Shown one piece after another: positions 9,769 through 18,427 of a DNA stretch of 26,277 bases; position 1 is the first letter of the stretch, and every line of letters begins with the position of its first letter. Position numbers and translations under genes: made by a program. Under the pieces are notes generated by a model. That model made no database searches, had not been told where the DNA came from, and was given only the letters and a program-made list of their open reading frames with translations. Source of the stretch: Myxococcota bacterium (GTDB taxonomy: Bacteria; Myxococcota; JACRCW01); the NCBI GenBank assembly GCA_040752415.1, contig JBFMGU010000148.1, forward strand, positions 1 through 26,277. Reading direction: 5' to 3'.

Positions 9769-10277
9769 GGGGTTCCTGCGTCGGGGGTGGCGGGCGCGGT
9801 CTTCTTCTTGAGCTCGTCGCGGACCTGGGCCTGGTAGGCCTCGAATCCCGGCGAGAGCGAGGTGTGCTCCATCAGCATGGCCTCGGTCTCGCAGTGCGGC
9901 TTGAGCGGCCCGTGTTTGTCCCAGAGGTAGACCACGGCGCGGTAGCCCGTGCCCTTCACTGCGCTCTTCCACAGCGGTCGCGCCGAGAACTGCGGGTGGC
10001 TCTTCACCCACGCCTTCAGCTGCTGCTTGGACGGGAGACACAGGCCCAGCCAGGCCGCCTCCGGTTTCACCTCGCCGGAAGCGGGCGCCTGCAGCGTCTC
10101 CACCAGCGTCACGCTGTCGGGGTGCTTGCCCTTGCCAAAGGTGACTTCCACCAGCGCCACCGCAGTGCTGCGCCCGACGAGCTGCGGCACGTTGAGCCGT
10201 TCACCGGCATGGAGGCTGGAGGTGAGGAGCAGCGCGGCAACGAAGGGGGTTGCCCCGCGCAGGCGAGACAGGAGCAT
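9765..10277 (-). CDS. Small secreted protein (candidate immunity protein)
   Basis: Sec signal ending SLHA; two Cys; starts 10 nt after the upstream gene's stop. Confidence 0.7.
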   Translation of the reverse strand: MLLSRLRGATPFVAALLLTSSLHAGERLNVPQLVGRSTAVALVEVTFGKGKHPDSVTLVETLQAPASGEVKPEAAWLGLCLPSKQQLKAWVKSHPQFSARPLWKSAVKGTGYRAVVYLWDKHGPLKPHCETEAMLMEHTSLSPGFEAYQAQVRDELKKKTAPATPDAGTP

Positions 10278-10287
10278 GGAAGCGGGA

Positions 10288-11145
10288 TCAGAACGCCTGC
10301 TTGGGACGCAGCACGTACACCTCGGTGCCGCCCGGCTGCGTGAAGCTCTTGTTCTGCGCGTTGTAGGTGGTGCCGGCGAGCCAGTCGTTGTTGGACTCGT
10401 AGGCGCCGTCGTGGTGCGCGCCGGTGACCTTCATGGGGTTGGTGCCGGTCACCACCTCGGTGTGCGCGGTGGACTCGCCGCTGCCCGGGTAGTCCTTCAC
10501 CAGCACGTCGCCCGGGCGGATCTGGGAGGGGTCGGTGATGCGGTCAAAGAGCTGGCTGTGCTTGGGCCAGTCCTCGGCCTTGGCGTAGTGCACCGTGCCG
10601 TCGGCCATCTTGACCGTGGGGGCCTTCACGCCCGCCTGGGTCAGCGTGTCGCCCACGAACTGGTTGCACTTGTTGTTGTTCTTCAGCCAGCTCAGCTCGG
10701 TGCGGTTGGGGATGCCACGGTTGCCCGAGAGGTTGGGGTGCGGGCTCTTGGGCGCCGAGTCATAGGCGTACTTCTCACCCTGGCGCTCCACCCGGTCCGC
10801 CGCGGCCTGCACAATGGCCTGGCCAAAGCGGCTCTCATTGGTGTTGCCCTGCACTTGGCCCGCGCCGCCCACGCGGCCGGCGTTGAACGCGTCAAACAGC
10901 TGCCCCGACTTGCCGGTGCGGGAGAAGCTGCTGCCCGAGCCGTTGCGGTCAAATGAGTCCACCAGCTTGAAGGCCGCGTCCAGCTCCGCCTGGCCCTTGA
11001 TCGTGCCGTCGCCATCCAGGTCCGCCTTCTTCACGTCGGCGGTGCTCACGCCGCTGCCCTGCAGCTTGTTGGCCAGGTCCGGGCTGTTGGTGTTGATGCC
11101 GTTCTGGAAGTGCTGGTTGAAGTTGCCGCGGTTGATGGTGGTCAT
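10288..11145 (-). CDS. EF-hand-like N-terminus plus NlpC/P60/CHAP-like Cys-His hydrolase domain
   Basis: DLDGDGTI loop; KCNQFVGDTLTQAG...IRPGDVLV...AHTEVV pattern typical of papain-like peptidoglycan amidases; RBS AGGAG; no signal peptide. Confidence 0.7.
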   Translation of the reverse strand: MTTINRGNFNQHFQNGINTNSPDLANKLQGSGVSTADVKKADLDGDGTIKGQAELDAAFKLVDSFDRNGSGSSFSRTGKSGQLFDAFNAGRVGGAGQVQGNTNESRFGQAIVQAAADRVERQGEKYAYDSAPKSPHPNLSGNRGIPNRTELSWLKNNNKCNQFVGDTLTQAGVKAPTVKMADGTVHYAKAEDWPKHSQLFDRITDPSQIRPGDVLVKDYPGSGESTAHTEVVTGTNPMKVTGAHHDGAYESNNDWLAGTTYNAQNKSFTQPGGTEVYVLRPKQAF

Positions 11146-11219
11146 GGCGTGGGCGCTCCTGGGCGAAGGACGTGATTATCGTACGTCATCCGTCGGATGT
11201 TGCGAAGGGATCCGCCGTC

Positions 11220-11365
11220 ATGGGTTGTCGGGAATTCCCAAAAGGAAGTCAGGAGTCAGAAGTCAGGAGTCAGAAGGTGGTCTCGCGACGACGACGGGCG
11301 AGCGCCTTCTGACTTCTGCATTCTGACTCCTGACTTCCTTCCCTGGGGATCATCCGACAGCCCAT
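11220..11365. repeat. Long intergenic hairpin built from heptamer repeats (RAGTCAG / CTGACTY)
   Basis: Arms 11242-11277 and 11305-11340 match at 33/36 positions as inverted repeats; outer stem 11220-11231/11354-11365 matches 11/12; inner stem ctcgc/gcgag. Confidence 0.9.
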
Positions 11366-12885
11366 CAGAACTCGATGGGGCAGAAGGACACGTCGAAGGT
11401 GCCGCTGAACGCGGAAACCCGCAGCGGAGGTGAGTGGTAGAGGAACTGGTAACACATCTCCTCCTCGGTCCTCTCGCCGAAGTTCACCGGCTGGTCGCCG
11501 TCAAAGCCGGTGTAGGTGCAGGTCACTCGGATGGTGTCGCCGTTGCGGAAGTGCACGTCGGTGGGGAGGTTGGGCTGGGAGTCAAAGGCCCAGTTGTCCA
11601 CGGCGCCGAACGTCTCCTGCAGCTGCCCGCCGCGCCACCGCTCCGCGCGGATGTTGAGCCCGTGATTGTGCATGTGCGGGAACGCCGCGAAGATCCACGT
11701 GTCCGGCATGGTGACCGGGAAGCCGGAGACGGTGGCCGGGTTGCTGCAATCCGCGCTGACGGCGGGCTGGGCCGCGGTGGCCGAGAAGCCCGTGGGACCC
11801 ACCGCCACCATGCCCGCCTCGTTGGGGCGCAGCTCGGTGGTGGCGTAGATGCGCACGCCGCTGCGGTCCACGGTGCTGGCGCCGGGAGTGGGGTGGTAGT
11901 GCACCTGCAGCACCAGGCGCGCGCCGGGGGCCATGGGCATGCCCACGTCGGCGGGGAAGGAGAAGTTGGTGGTGCCGGGAGCCCAGCCGTACATGAAGCT
12001 CCAGTCCGCCTGCATGCTGCCGTCGTCGTCACCGCAGCCGAAGGGACCGTCCGGGACGTTGGTGCCGTCCCAGCCCTGGTCCCGGTAGAGCACCATGTGG
12101 TGCACCACCTCCGCGGCGTCGAGCTCCGGCTCAAAGCGCGTGATGTGCTGCATGGCTCCGTCGGGGACGGTGAAGCCGAAGCAGCTGTAGACGTTGCGGT
12201 CGGGGTCGTCGGGGACGGGGTAGGGGGCGTTCACGTCGGTGTCGTGCGCGCGGATGACCAGCGTGGGCGGGCCGGCGTCGGGGGCGTCATGGTTGCAGTC
12301 CGGGGGAGGCTGGGGGCCGCCGCTCACCGGGGTTCCCTCCGGCGCACCGGCCTCGGCCCAGCGACGGATGATGTCGCGCGTGGCGCTGTCCAGCGGGGCG
12401 CCGGGAGGCATGGCGTTGGAGACGGCGCTCGTGCGCTCGGCCATGCGCTCGTAGACGAAACCGAGGCCGCTGGGGGCGTCTTCCTGCGTGTCGGCGTAGG
12501 TCACCAGGCTCATCGGCGCGCCGTAGCAGCGCTGCGTGCCGTGGCACATCCAGCAGTGCTCCGCGAGGATGGGACGGATGTCCTGGTGGAAGGTGGGCGT
12601 GCCGCTGGAACCACCCGACGAGGACCCTGCGCCCGACGACGAAGACGACGCGGCGCCCGAGGAGCTGGTGTTGGCCGCGCCGGATGACGACGAGGACGCG
12701 CCGGATGACGACGAGGAAGCGCCGCCGGTGCTGGAGGACGAGGTGCTCCCCGCGCCGTTGGACGACGAGGAGCCGACGGTGCCGGGACCGGCGTCCAGGC
12801 CGCCCGAGGAGGAGGCGCTGGGTGTCGACGGAGTGCAGGCCGCGGCGAACAGGCCGCAGGAAAGGGCGAGGGCAGGCAGGCGCAT
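11365..12885 (-). CDS. Lipoprotein: monoheme cytochrome c domain fused to copper type II (PHM/DBH-like) monooxygenase
   Basis: Lipobox AAAC; SSSSG linker; TFHQDIRPILAEHCWMCHG...MPP (CxxCH plus candidate Met ligand); VHHMVLY, LQVHYH, FPHMH and EEEMC copper ligands. Confidence 0.85.
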   Translation of the reverse strand: MRLPALALSCGLFAAACTPSTPSASSSGGLDAGPGTVGSSSSNGAGSTSSSSTGGASSSSSGASSSSSGAANTSSSGAASSSSSGAGSSSGGSSGTPTFHQDIRPILAEHCWMCHGTQRCYGAPMSLVTYADTQEDAPSGLGFVYERMAERTSAVSNAMPPGAPLDSATRDIIRRWAEAGAPEGTPVSGGPQPPPDCNHDAPDAGPPTLVIRAHDTDVNAPYPVPDDPDRNVYSCFGFTVPDGAMQHITRFEPELDAAEVVHHMVLYRDQGWDGTNVPDGPFGCGDDDGSMQADWSFMYGWAPGTTNFSFPADVGMPMAPGARLVLQVHYHPTPGASTVDRSGVRIYATTELRPNEAGMVAVGPTGFSATAAQPAVSADCSNPATVSGFPVTMPDTWIFAAFPHMHNHGLNIRAERWRGGQLQETFGAVDNWAFDSQPNLPTDVHFRNGDTIRVTCTYTGFDGDQPVNFGERTEEEMCYQFLYHSPPLRVSAFSGTFDVSFCPIEF

Positions 12886-12934
12886 GGTAGCGCGAAGTCT
12901 AGCAGCGCGTGGTGGGGAACGCTGCAAACGCGAT

Positions 12935-13071
12935 GTCCGAGCCAAAGCGGTACTTCATACCGCAGTCCGAAGGGCGCGGACGCTCATCCGCCGCGCGCAA
13001 TTCCGCGCCTCAGCGCGCGTGGGCCAGTCCCACCTTCGGACTGCGGCATGAAGTACCGCTTTGGCTCGGAC
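12935..13071. repeat. 137-bp element with 39-bp terminal inverted repeats (MITE/REP-like)
   Basis: gtccgagccaaagcggtacttcataccgcagtccgaagg (12935-12973) matches the reverse complement of 13033-13071 at 38/39 positions. Confidence 0.85.
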
Positions 13072-13078
13072 CACGACG

Positions 13079-14746
13079 TCAGTTGCGTCGCAGCACGCCG
13101 CCCACCGCGGTGCCCAGCACCTTCATCGAGAGCAGCTTCTGCGGCTCCGCCGTCGTCGGGTCGGCCTCCAGCCAGGTGAAGTCCGCCAGCGTCCCCACCT
13201 TCAGCGTGCCCAGCTCGTCCTCGTGACCCACCGCGTACGCTGCGCCCTGCGTGAAGCCCTTCAACGCGGTGACGCCGTCCAGCAGCTCCTGCGCCTGCCA
13301 ACCGCCCTTGGGTTTGCCGGTGTGGTCGGTGCGCGTGCGCGCGGCGTAGAGGCCCCACAACGGCTTCTCGCTCTCGACGGGCGCGTCGCTGCCAAACGCA
13401 AGCACCGCCCCCGCGCCCAGCAGGCTCTTCCACGCGTACGCTCCGGCGAGGCGCGCCTTCCCCAGCCGGGCTTCCGCCCAGGGCATGTCGCTGGTGCAGT
13501 GCGTGGGCTGCATGGACGCAATCACGCCCAGGTTCTTGAACGCGCGCCAGTCCGCGGGGTCCACCACCTGCGCGTGCTCCACGCGGTGACGACGTTGCGC
13601 CGTCTGCGGACCCAGCCGCCCGAACATCTCCAGCACCTCGCGGTTGGCGCGGTCGCCAATGGCGTGGATGGCCACCTGGAAGCCGCGGTCATGCACCGCG
13701 CGCGAGCGCTCCTCCAGCACCTTGGGCTCGGTGACCAGCAGTCCCACGTGGCCCTTCTCGTCGGAATACGGGGCCAGCAGCGCCGCGCCGCGTGAGCCCA
13801 GCGCACCATCCGCAAACAGCTTCACGCCGCGGATCTCCACCCTGCGCTCCGCGCGCTGGATGCCACCCGGCGGCAGGTGATCCAGCACGCCCTCCTCCAT
13901 CCCGGCGAGATAGGCGTAGATGCGCAGCGGCAGCTCGCCACGACGATCCAACGCCAGCATCGCCGCCAGCTCGTTGTTGCTCACGCCCATGGCGTGCACG
14001 GCGGTGAGCCCGGCGGCGGCGGCGCGCTCGGCGCCCAGGCGCACCATGTCCTCCAGCGCCTTGTCCTCGGGACGCGGCAGCGTCACCAGGTCCATCGCGG
14101 TGTCGACGAGGACGCCGGTGGGCTCACCCTTCGCGTCGCGCAGGATGCGACCGCCCTCCGGGTCCTTCCCAAGATCCCGCGCGTGCCCCAGCGCCGCGGA
14201 GTTGAGCCAGGCCGCGTGGCCATCAATGCGCTCCAGGAACACCGGCGTGTCCGGCGCCACCACGTCGAGCAGCTGGCGCGTGGGCATCTGTCCGCCGCAC
14301 GGGGGCTTGCCGCAGGCCCAGTCGTTCTGGTCCCAGCCGCGACCCACCAGCCAGGCGCCCTTGCTGTGCGTGGCCAGTCGCGCCTTGACGCGCTCCACCA
14401 CCTCGGCGGCGCTGCGCGTCCCGGTGAGGTCCACGTTGGTGAGCGCCTCCCCCAGCCCGCCAACGTGGAAATGCGCATCATGCAGCCCCGGCACCACCAC
14501 GCCGCCCTTGAGATCGACGAGACGCGCGCCCCTGGGCGCCTCCGCGGGCGCCTTGGCGTGCACCGCGCGGATGCGTCCCCCGTCGACGAAGATGGCCGCG
14601 GCAGTGGGTTGCGCGGGGTCCAGGGTGATGAACTGCGCCCCGGTGTACAGCACCGCGCTCCCGGCGGGTTCGGCCTGCAGCGGATACGTCAACCAGACCG
14701 CGAGCAAAGGAAGCAGACCCAGGCCACACGAGAAGGGAACACGCAT
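13079..14746 (-). CDS. Secreted amidohydrolase 3 family protein (YtcJ-like)
   Basis: PGLHDAHFH, GRGWDQNDW, RIDGHAAWLNS, KLFADGALGSRGAAL, IHAIGDRAN, RVEHAQ, SMQPTH, FGSDAPVE. Confidence 0.93.
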   Translation of the reverse strand: MRVPFSCGLGLLPLLAVWLTYPLQAEPAGSAVLYTGAQFITLDPAQPTAAAIFVDGGRIRAVHAKAPAEAPRGARLVDLKGGVVVPGLHDAHFHVGGLGEALTNVDLTGTRSAAEVVERVKARLATHSKGAWLVGRGWDQNDWACGKPPCGGQMPTRQLLDVVAPDTPVFLERIDGHAAWLNSAALGHARDLGKDPEGGRILRDAKGEPTGVLVDTAMDLVTLPRPEDKALEDMVRLGAERAAAAGLTAVHAMGVSNNELAAMLALDRRGELPLRIYAYLAGMEEGVLDHLPPGGIQRAERRVEIRGVKLFADGALGSRGAALLAPYSDEKGHVGLLVTEPKVLEERSRAVHDRGFQVAIHAIGDRANREVLEMFGRLGPQTAQRRHRVEHAQVVDPADWRAFKNLGVIASMQPTHCTSDMPWAEARLGKARLAGAYAWKSLLGAGAVLAFGSDAPVESEKPLWGLYAARTRTDHTGKPKGGWQAQELLDGVTALKGFTQGAAYAVGHEDELGTLKVGTLADFTWLEADPTTAEPQKLLSMKVLGTAVGGVLRRN

Positions 14747-14773
14747 GAGGGATACCTGTGGGGAAGAGGGTGA

Positions 14774-17700
14774 TCAGCCCGGCGGCTGCAGCTCCTGGGC
14801 GCCGGCCTGCAGGTTCTCCTGCCACTTGAGGGCCTTCTGTCCACCCACGAGCTCGAACACGTAGCGCCCCGGCGGCAGCTTGAAGTCGGTGACCGGGAGG
14901 TCCAGCCCGGTGTCCATGTTGTCGACGAAGAGACGCGCGCCCGCGGGCTCCTTCAGCGTCACCGAGGAGTCCATGGGCTTGCAGGTCAAGGTCACCGAGC
15001 GCGTGAGCTCCTCCTCGCCCCTGGGCGTGATCTCCAGCTGCTCCGGCTCACAGCCCGGGCGGGTGACGCGCAGCGTGCCCTTCTGGCCAAACGGGATGCG
15101 CGGAATGCTGACGGCACCGCGACCCTTGAACTCGTTGTTCCACAGCACCCCGGCGTCGTCGGGCTGCGGGGCGACGGTGATCTTCGTCAGCGCGAACTCC
15201 ATCTGCACGTCGACGCTGTAGACCTCATTGGCAATGGCCTTGATCTGCTTCTTCGCCATGCGCGCGTCGGGGTGGGTCAGCACCAGCTCATGCACCGAGC
15301 CGGGCTCCACGTCGGAGATCACCATGGGCGTGGCGCCGGGACGGGGCTTCCCGTCGATCTTCACCAGCGCGCCCGAGGGGTTGGAGGTGATGCGCAGCGC
15401 GGTGCTCATGGGCTTGCCGCCAAAGGTGACGACGAGCGGCTCCCCCGGATTCAGCTCCACCTGCCTGATGTCCGGCTGGTAGCCATCCTGCGTGATGGTC
15501 AGCTTGTGTCCTCCGCTGGGCAGCACCAGCGCGGCGTGGGGCCCGGGCACCGCTTCCCCGTCGTCGACCTGGATCTTCGCCTCCGGCATGGCGCCCACCA
15601 CCACCAGCGTCCCGCGGCCCAGCAGGGGCGTGCGTTGCAGCAGGATGAGGGTGGCCGCGCCCAGCGCCAGACCGCCCATCAGCGCCAGCAGCATCGTCGT
15701 CACCTGCTGCTTGCGTGTGATGCCCACGGTCATGGCGGGACCGGTGGGGGCGCTGTGCAGGTCCTTGTGCGCGCTCGTGCGGACCAGCTCCACCGGCGAG
15801 GCGGAGGCCGCGGGAAGGGACGCGCGACCGCCACTGGTGCCGCCGGTCTTCTTGCCCTCGAAGGACTGCTCGTCGGTGATGACTTCCGCGGCCGACTTCT
15901 CGACGGCAACGCTGCGCTCCCGCATGGGCGCAACCGGCTCCTCCCGACGGATCTCCTTGCGCGCCGGCGTCTTGATGGAGACCTCGGTGGCCTTCAGCGC
16001 GTTGACCGCCTCGTCGAGCTTGCGGCGGACGGAGATCTCCAGGGAGGGCTGCAGCGCCGCGGCCTCCGAGCCGTCCATGGTGGGCAGGTCCTCGATGGGC
16101 GGTGCGCCCGCGGGGGCGCGGCGGGGATCGGGACCGCGTTTCTCGTCGGGACGCTTGTCCGCCACCGGGGCCGAGGCGCTGGTGGGCGGACGGTCGGGAC
16201 GCTTGTCGCTGGGCTCCCGCACGCTGGTGGGTGGACGGTCGGGACGTTTGTCGCTGGCCTCGCGCACGCTGGTGGGCGGACGGTCGGCCTTGCGCGCGCC
16301 ACCCTCGCTGCGCGGGTTGCCGAACGAGGGCGGCGGGGTCTCTCCCTTGCGCGCGCCAGCCTCGCTGCGCGGGTTGCCGAACGAGGGTGCCGGGGCTTCC
16401 CCCTTGCGCGCGGACAGGCTCGCCACCTGGCGGGTGGGCAACTGCTCGCTCTCGTCCTCGTCGTCATCGTCGGGGAGGATCTGGCGCGGGTCGGTCTGCC
16501 CGTCACCCACCAGCGTGGCGGAATCCACGTCCGGCTTGTCGTCAAACTCGCCGCGCGCCATGCGCGGGTCGGTCATCCCGTCGTCGTGCGGGGCCTGGAT
16601 GATCGCGGTGTCGGAGCGACGCGCGGGTTTGGCCTTGCGGGGCGGCTCGTCGGGAACGCGGCCGTCCACCGCGGTGCCGCTGGTGGGAGGCCGACGGGGC
16701 CCGGGCCGCGCGCCCTCCGGCGGAGGAACGGCGTCCAGGTCCACCGCGGGCTGGTTCACCAACGTGTTGCCGCGGCCATCGTCGTCGTCGTCGCGGCCGC
16801 CGGTGCGCTCGTCCTCGTCCTGGTCCTCGTCTTCTTCGTCCTCCGCCTGGGACTGGATGGACGTGGGCTCGGAGTGCTCGTCGGAGGCATCCCCGGTCTC
16901 GGTGGGCTGCATGAAGCTCTGCACCTTGCCGGTGAGCGGCTCCACCTCGCCGGTGTCGAACAGCACCGTGCCTTCACCCTTCTTCACCGGCTGCTGCTTG
17001 CGCGCCTCGTCGGCATCCTTCTGCGCGTCCTCCCAGCTCACGCGTTGGAAGAGCTGCTGGCGCTGCTGCTCCAGGCGGGCTCCCTCGGGGAAATGGTCGC
17101 GCACGTATTCGGCCAGCTCTTCCCGGGAGGGCTGCTTGCGCGAGGAGACCAGGTACCGCTCCAGGTCCGCCTGCATGTTGCTGGCCCACGGGTAGCGGTC
17201 CTCCGGCTTGGCGGCCAGCGCCTTCATCACCACGCGCTCCAGGTCGGGCGGCGTGTCCGCGCGCAGCGCCCGCGGCGGGATGAACTCCGCCTTGCGCACC
17301 TTCTCCAGGAGCGAGAAGTCGCTGTCCGCCTTGAACAGCCGCTCGCCGGTGATGAGCTCATGCAGGATCACGCCAATGGCGAAGATGTCCGCGCGGTGAT
17401 CCATCTGCTGCCCGCGCGCCTGCTCCGGCGCCATGTACGCGAACTTGCCCTTGAGGATGCCGGTCTGCGTGCGCACCAGGCGGTTGGCGGCGCGCGCAAT
17501 GCCAAAGTCGATGATCTTGACGTCGCCGTCGAAGCTGCACAGCACGTTCTGGGGACTGACGTCGCGGTGCACAATGGCCAGCGGCTTGCCCCGGCTGTCC
17601 TTGCGGCGGTGCGCGTAGTCCAGGCCCTCACAGATGCGCGTGGTGATGTGCACGGCGAGGGGGAGCGGGAAGCCGCCGCGGGCGCGCGCCCGGTCCCACA

Positions 17701-18013
17701 GTGCCCGCAGGTCCACGCCGGGCACGTATTCCATGGCGATGTAGTAGCTGTTGTTGATGCGCCCGAGGTCGAAGATCTGCGCAATGGAGGCGTGCGCCAG
17801 CTGCCCGGCGATCTTCGCCTCGTCGATGAACATGTTGATGAACTCGGAGTCCTCGCTGATCGTGGGGAGGATCCGCTTCACCGCCACCAGCTTCTCGAAG
17901 CCGGCCGCGCCCTGGGTCTTGGCGAGGTAGACCTCCGCCATGCCGCCAATGGCCAGCCGCTCCAGCAGCAGGTAGGGGCCAAAGGGGATGGGCTTGGGGA
18001 GCTTCGGGTCCAC
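14774..18013 (-). CDS. Membrane Ser/Thr protein kinase with C-terminal PEGA-like domains
   Basis: FGPYLLLERLAIGGMAEVYLA, VAVKRILP, HRDVSPQNVL, DFGIA, GKFAYMAPEQ; long acidic/Pro linker; TM LLALMGGLALGAATLILL; ITSNPSGALVKIDG PEGA-type repeats. Probable start GTG 18013. Confidence 0.93.
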   Translation of the reverse strand: MDPKLPKPIPFGPYLLLERLAIGGMAEVYLAKTQGAAGFEKLVAVKRILPTISEDSEFINMFIDEAKIAGQLAHASIAQIFDLGRINNSYYIAMEYVPGVDLRALWDRARARGGFPLPLAVHITTRICEGLDYAHRRKDSRGKPLAIVHRDVSPQNVLCSFDGDVKIIDFGIARAANRLVRTQTGILKGKFAYMAPEQARGQQMDHRADIFAIGVILHELITGERLFKADSDFSLLEKVRKAEFIPPRALRADTPPDLERVVMKALAAKPEDRYPWASNMQADLERYLVSSRKQPSREELAEYVRDHFPEGARLEQQRQQLFQRVSWEDAQKDADEARKQQPVKKGEGTVLFDTGEVEPLTGKVQSFMQPTETGDASDEHSEPTSIQSQAEDEEDEDQDEDERTGGRDDDDDGRGNTLVNQPAVDLDAVPPPEGARPGPRRPPTSGTAVDGRVPDEPPRKAKPARRSDTAIIQAPHDDGMTDPRMARGEFDDKPDVDSATLVGDGQTDPRQILPDDDDEDESEQLPTRQVASLSARKGEAPAPSFGNPRSEAGARKGETPPPSFGNPRSEGGARKADRPPTSVREASDKRPDRPPTSVREPSDKRPDRPPTSASAPVADKRPDEKRGPDPRRAPAGAPPIEDLPTMDGSEAAALQPSLEISVRRKLDEAVNALKATEVSIKTPARKEIRREEPVAPMRERSVAVEKSAAEVITDEQSFEGKKTGGTSGGRASLPAASASPVELVRTSAHKDLHSAPTGPAMTVGITRKQQVTTMLLALMGGLALGAATLILLQRTPLLGRGTLVVVGAMPEAKIQVDDGEAVPGPHAALVLPSGGHKLTITQDGYQPDIRQVELNPGEPLVVTFGGKPMSTALRITSNPSGALVKIDGKPRPGATPMVISDVEPGSVHELVLTHPDARMAKKQIKAIANEVYSVDVQMEFALTKITVAPQPDDAGVLWNNEFKGRGAVSIPRIPFGQKGTLRVTRPGCEPEQLEITPRGEEELTRSVTLTCKPMDSSVTLKEPAGARLFVDNMDTGLDLPVTDFKLPPGRYVFELVGGQKALKWQENLQAGAQELQPPG
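16145..16412 (-). repeat. In-frame tandem repeats in the kinase linker (57 bp x2 and about 45 bp x3)
   Basis: ARKGE[A/T]P[A/P]PSFGNPRSE[A/G]G twice; DRPPTS..DKRP three times; ccttgcgcgcg recurs at 16288, 16345 and 16402. Confidence 0.9.
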
Positions 18014-18213
18014 GGCTCGTCGGTGGCTGGCGTCAGGGGGCCGGACGTTAGGGCAGGACGGGAGCCGCTGGAAGAGGTCATTCAACGGTGACACGGCCGT
18101 GGGCTTTGAGCCCGGGCATCCCCCGGCACCGCTGGCGTCCATGCTCGGGACGGTGGGCGGCGGTCAGGAACGCCCCAGGTGAGGCGGCGCGGGCAAGTGT
18201 CGTCGGGACGCGC

Positions 18214-18282
18214 TCAGCGCCGCGGCTCGGACGCGCGCACCGACCACACCACCAGCAACGCAAGCACGTCAGCGTGGGCAGG
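18214..18282 (-). repeat. Direct-repeat copy of the last 70 bp of the matrixin gene (22067-22136)
   Basis: 66/70 identical with one 1-nt deletion; still encodes VLALLVVWSVRASEPRR-stop. Confidence 0.95.
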
Positions 18283-18427
18283 GGGATGCGCGACAGCCTT
18301 CGGCACGCCGCCGCGTGTCCAGCGTCGAGCCACATGGAGTGCGCGACCTACCGCCGGCTTCTGCGCCGCGGCATTCGGAGCGAGCCGGGTGGGCGCGAAG
18401 AGCGGCGCCGCCCGTCGCGCGAACGCG

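Noticed and set aside
11242..11340. CRISPR array
   Set aside because: Units are 7-nt tandem repeats in inverted arms, with no spacers and no cas genes.
15272..18091. 939-aa plus-strand ORF and similar long antisense ORFs (519-2180, 5894-7699, 7429-8913)
   Set aside because: Shadow frames of well-supported opposite-strand genes in high-GC DNA; no recognisable motifs.
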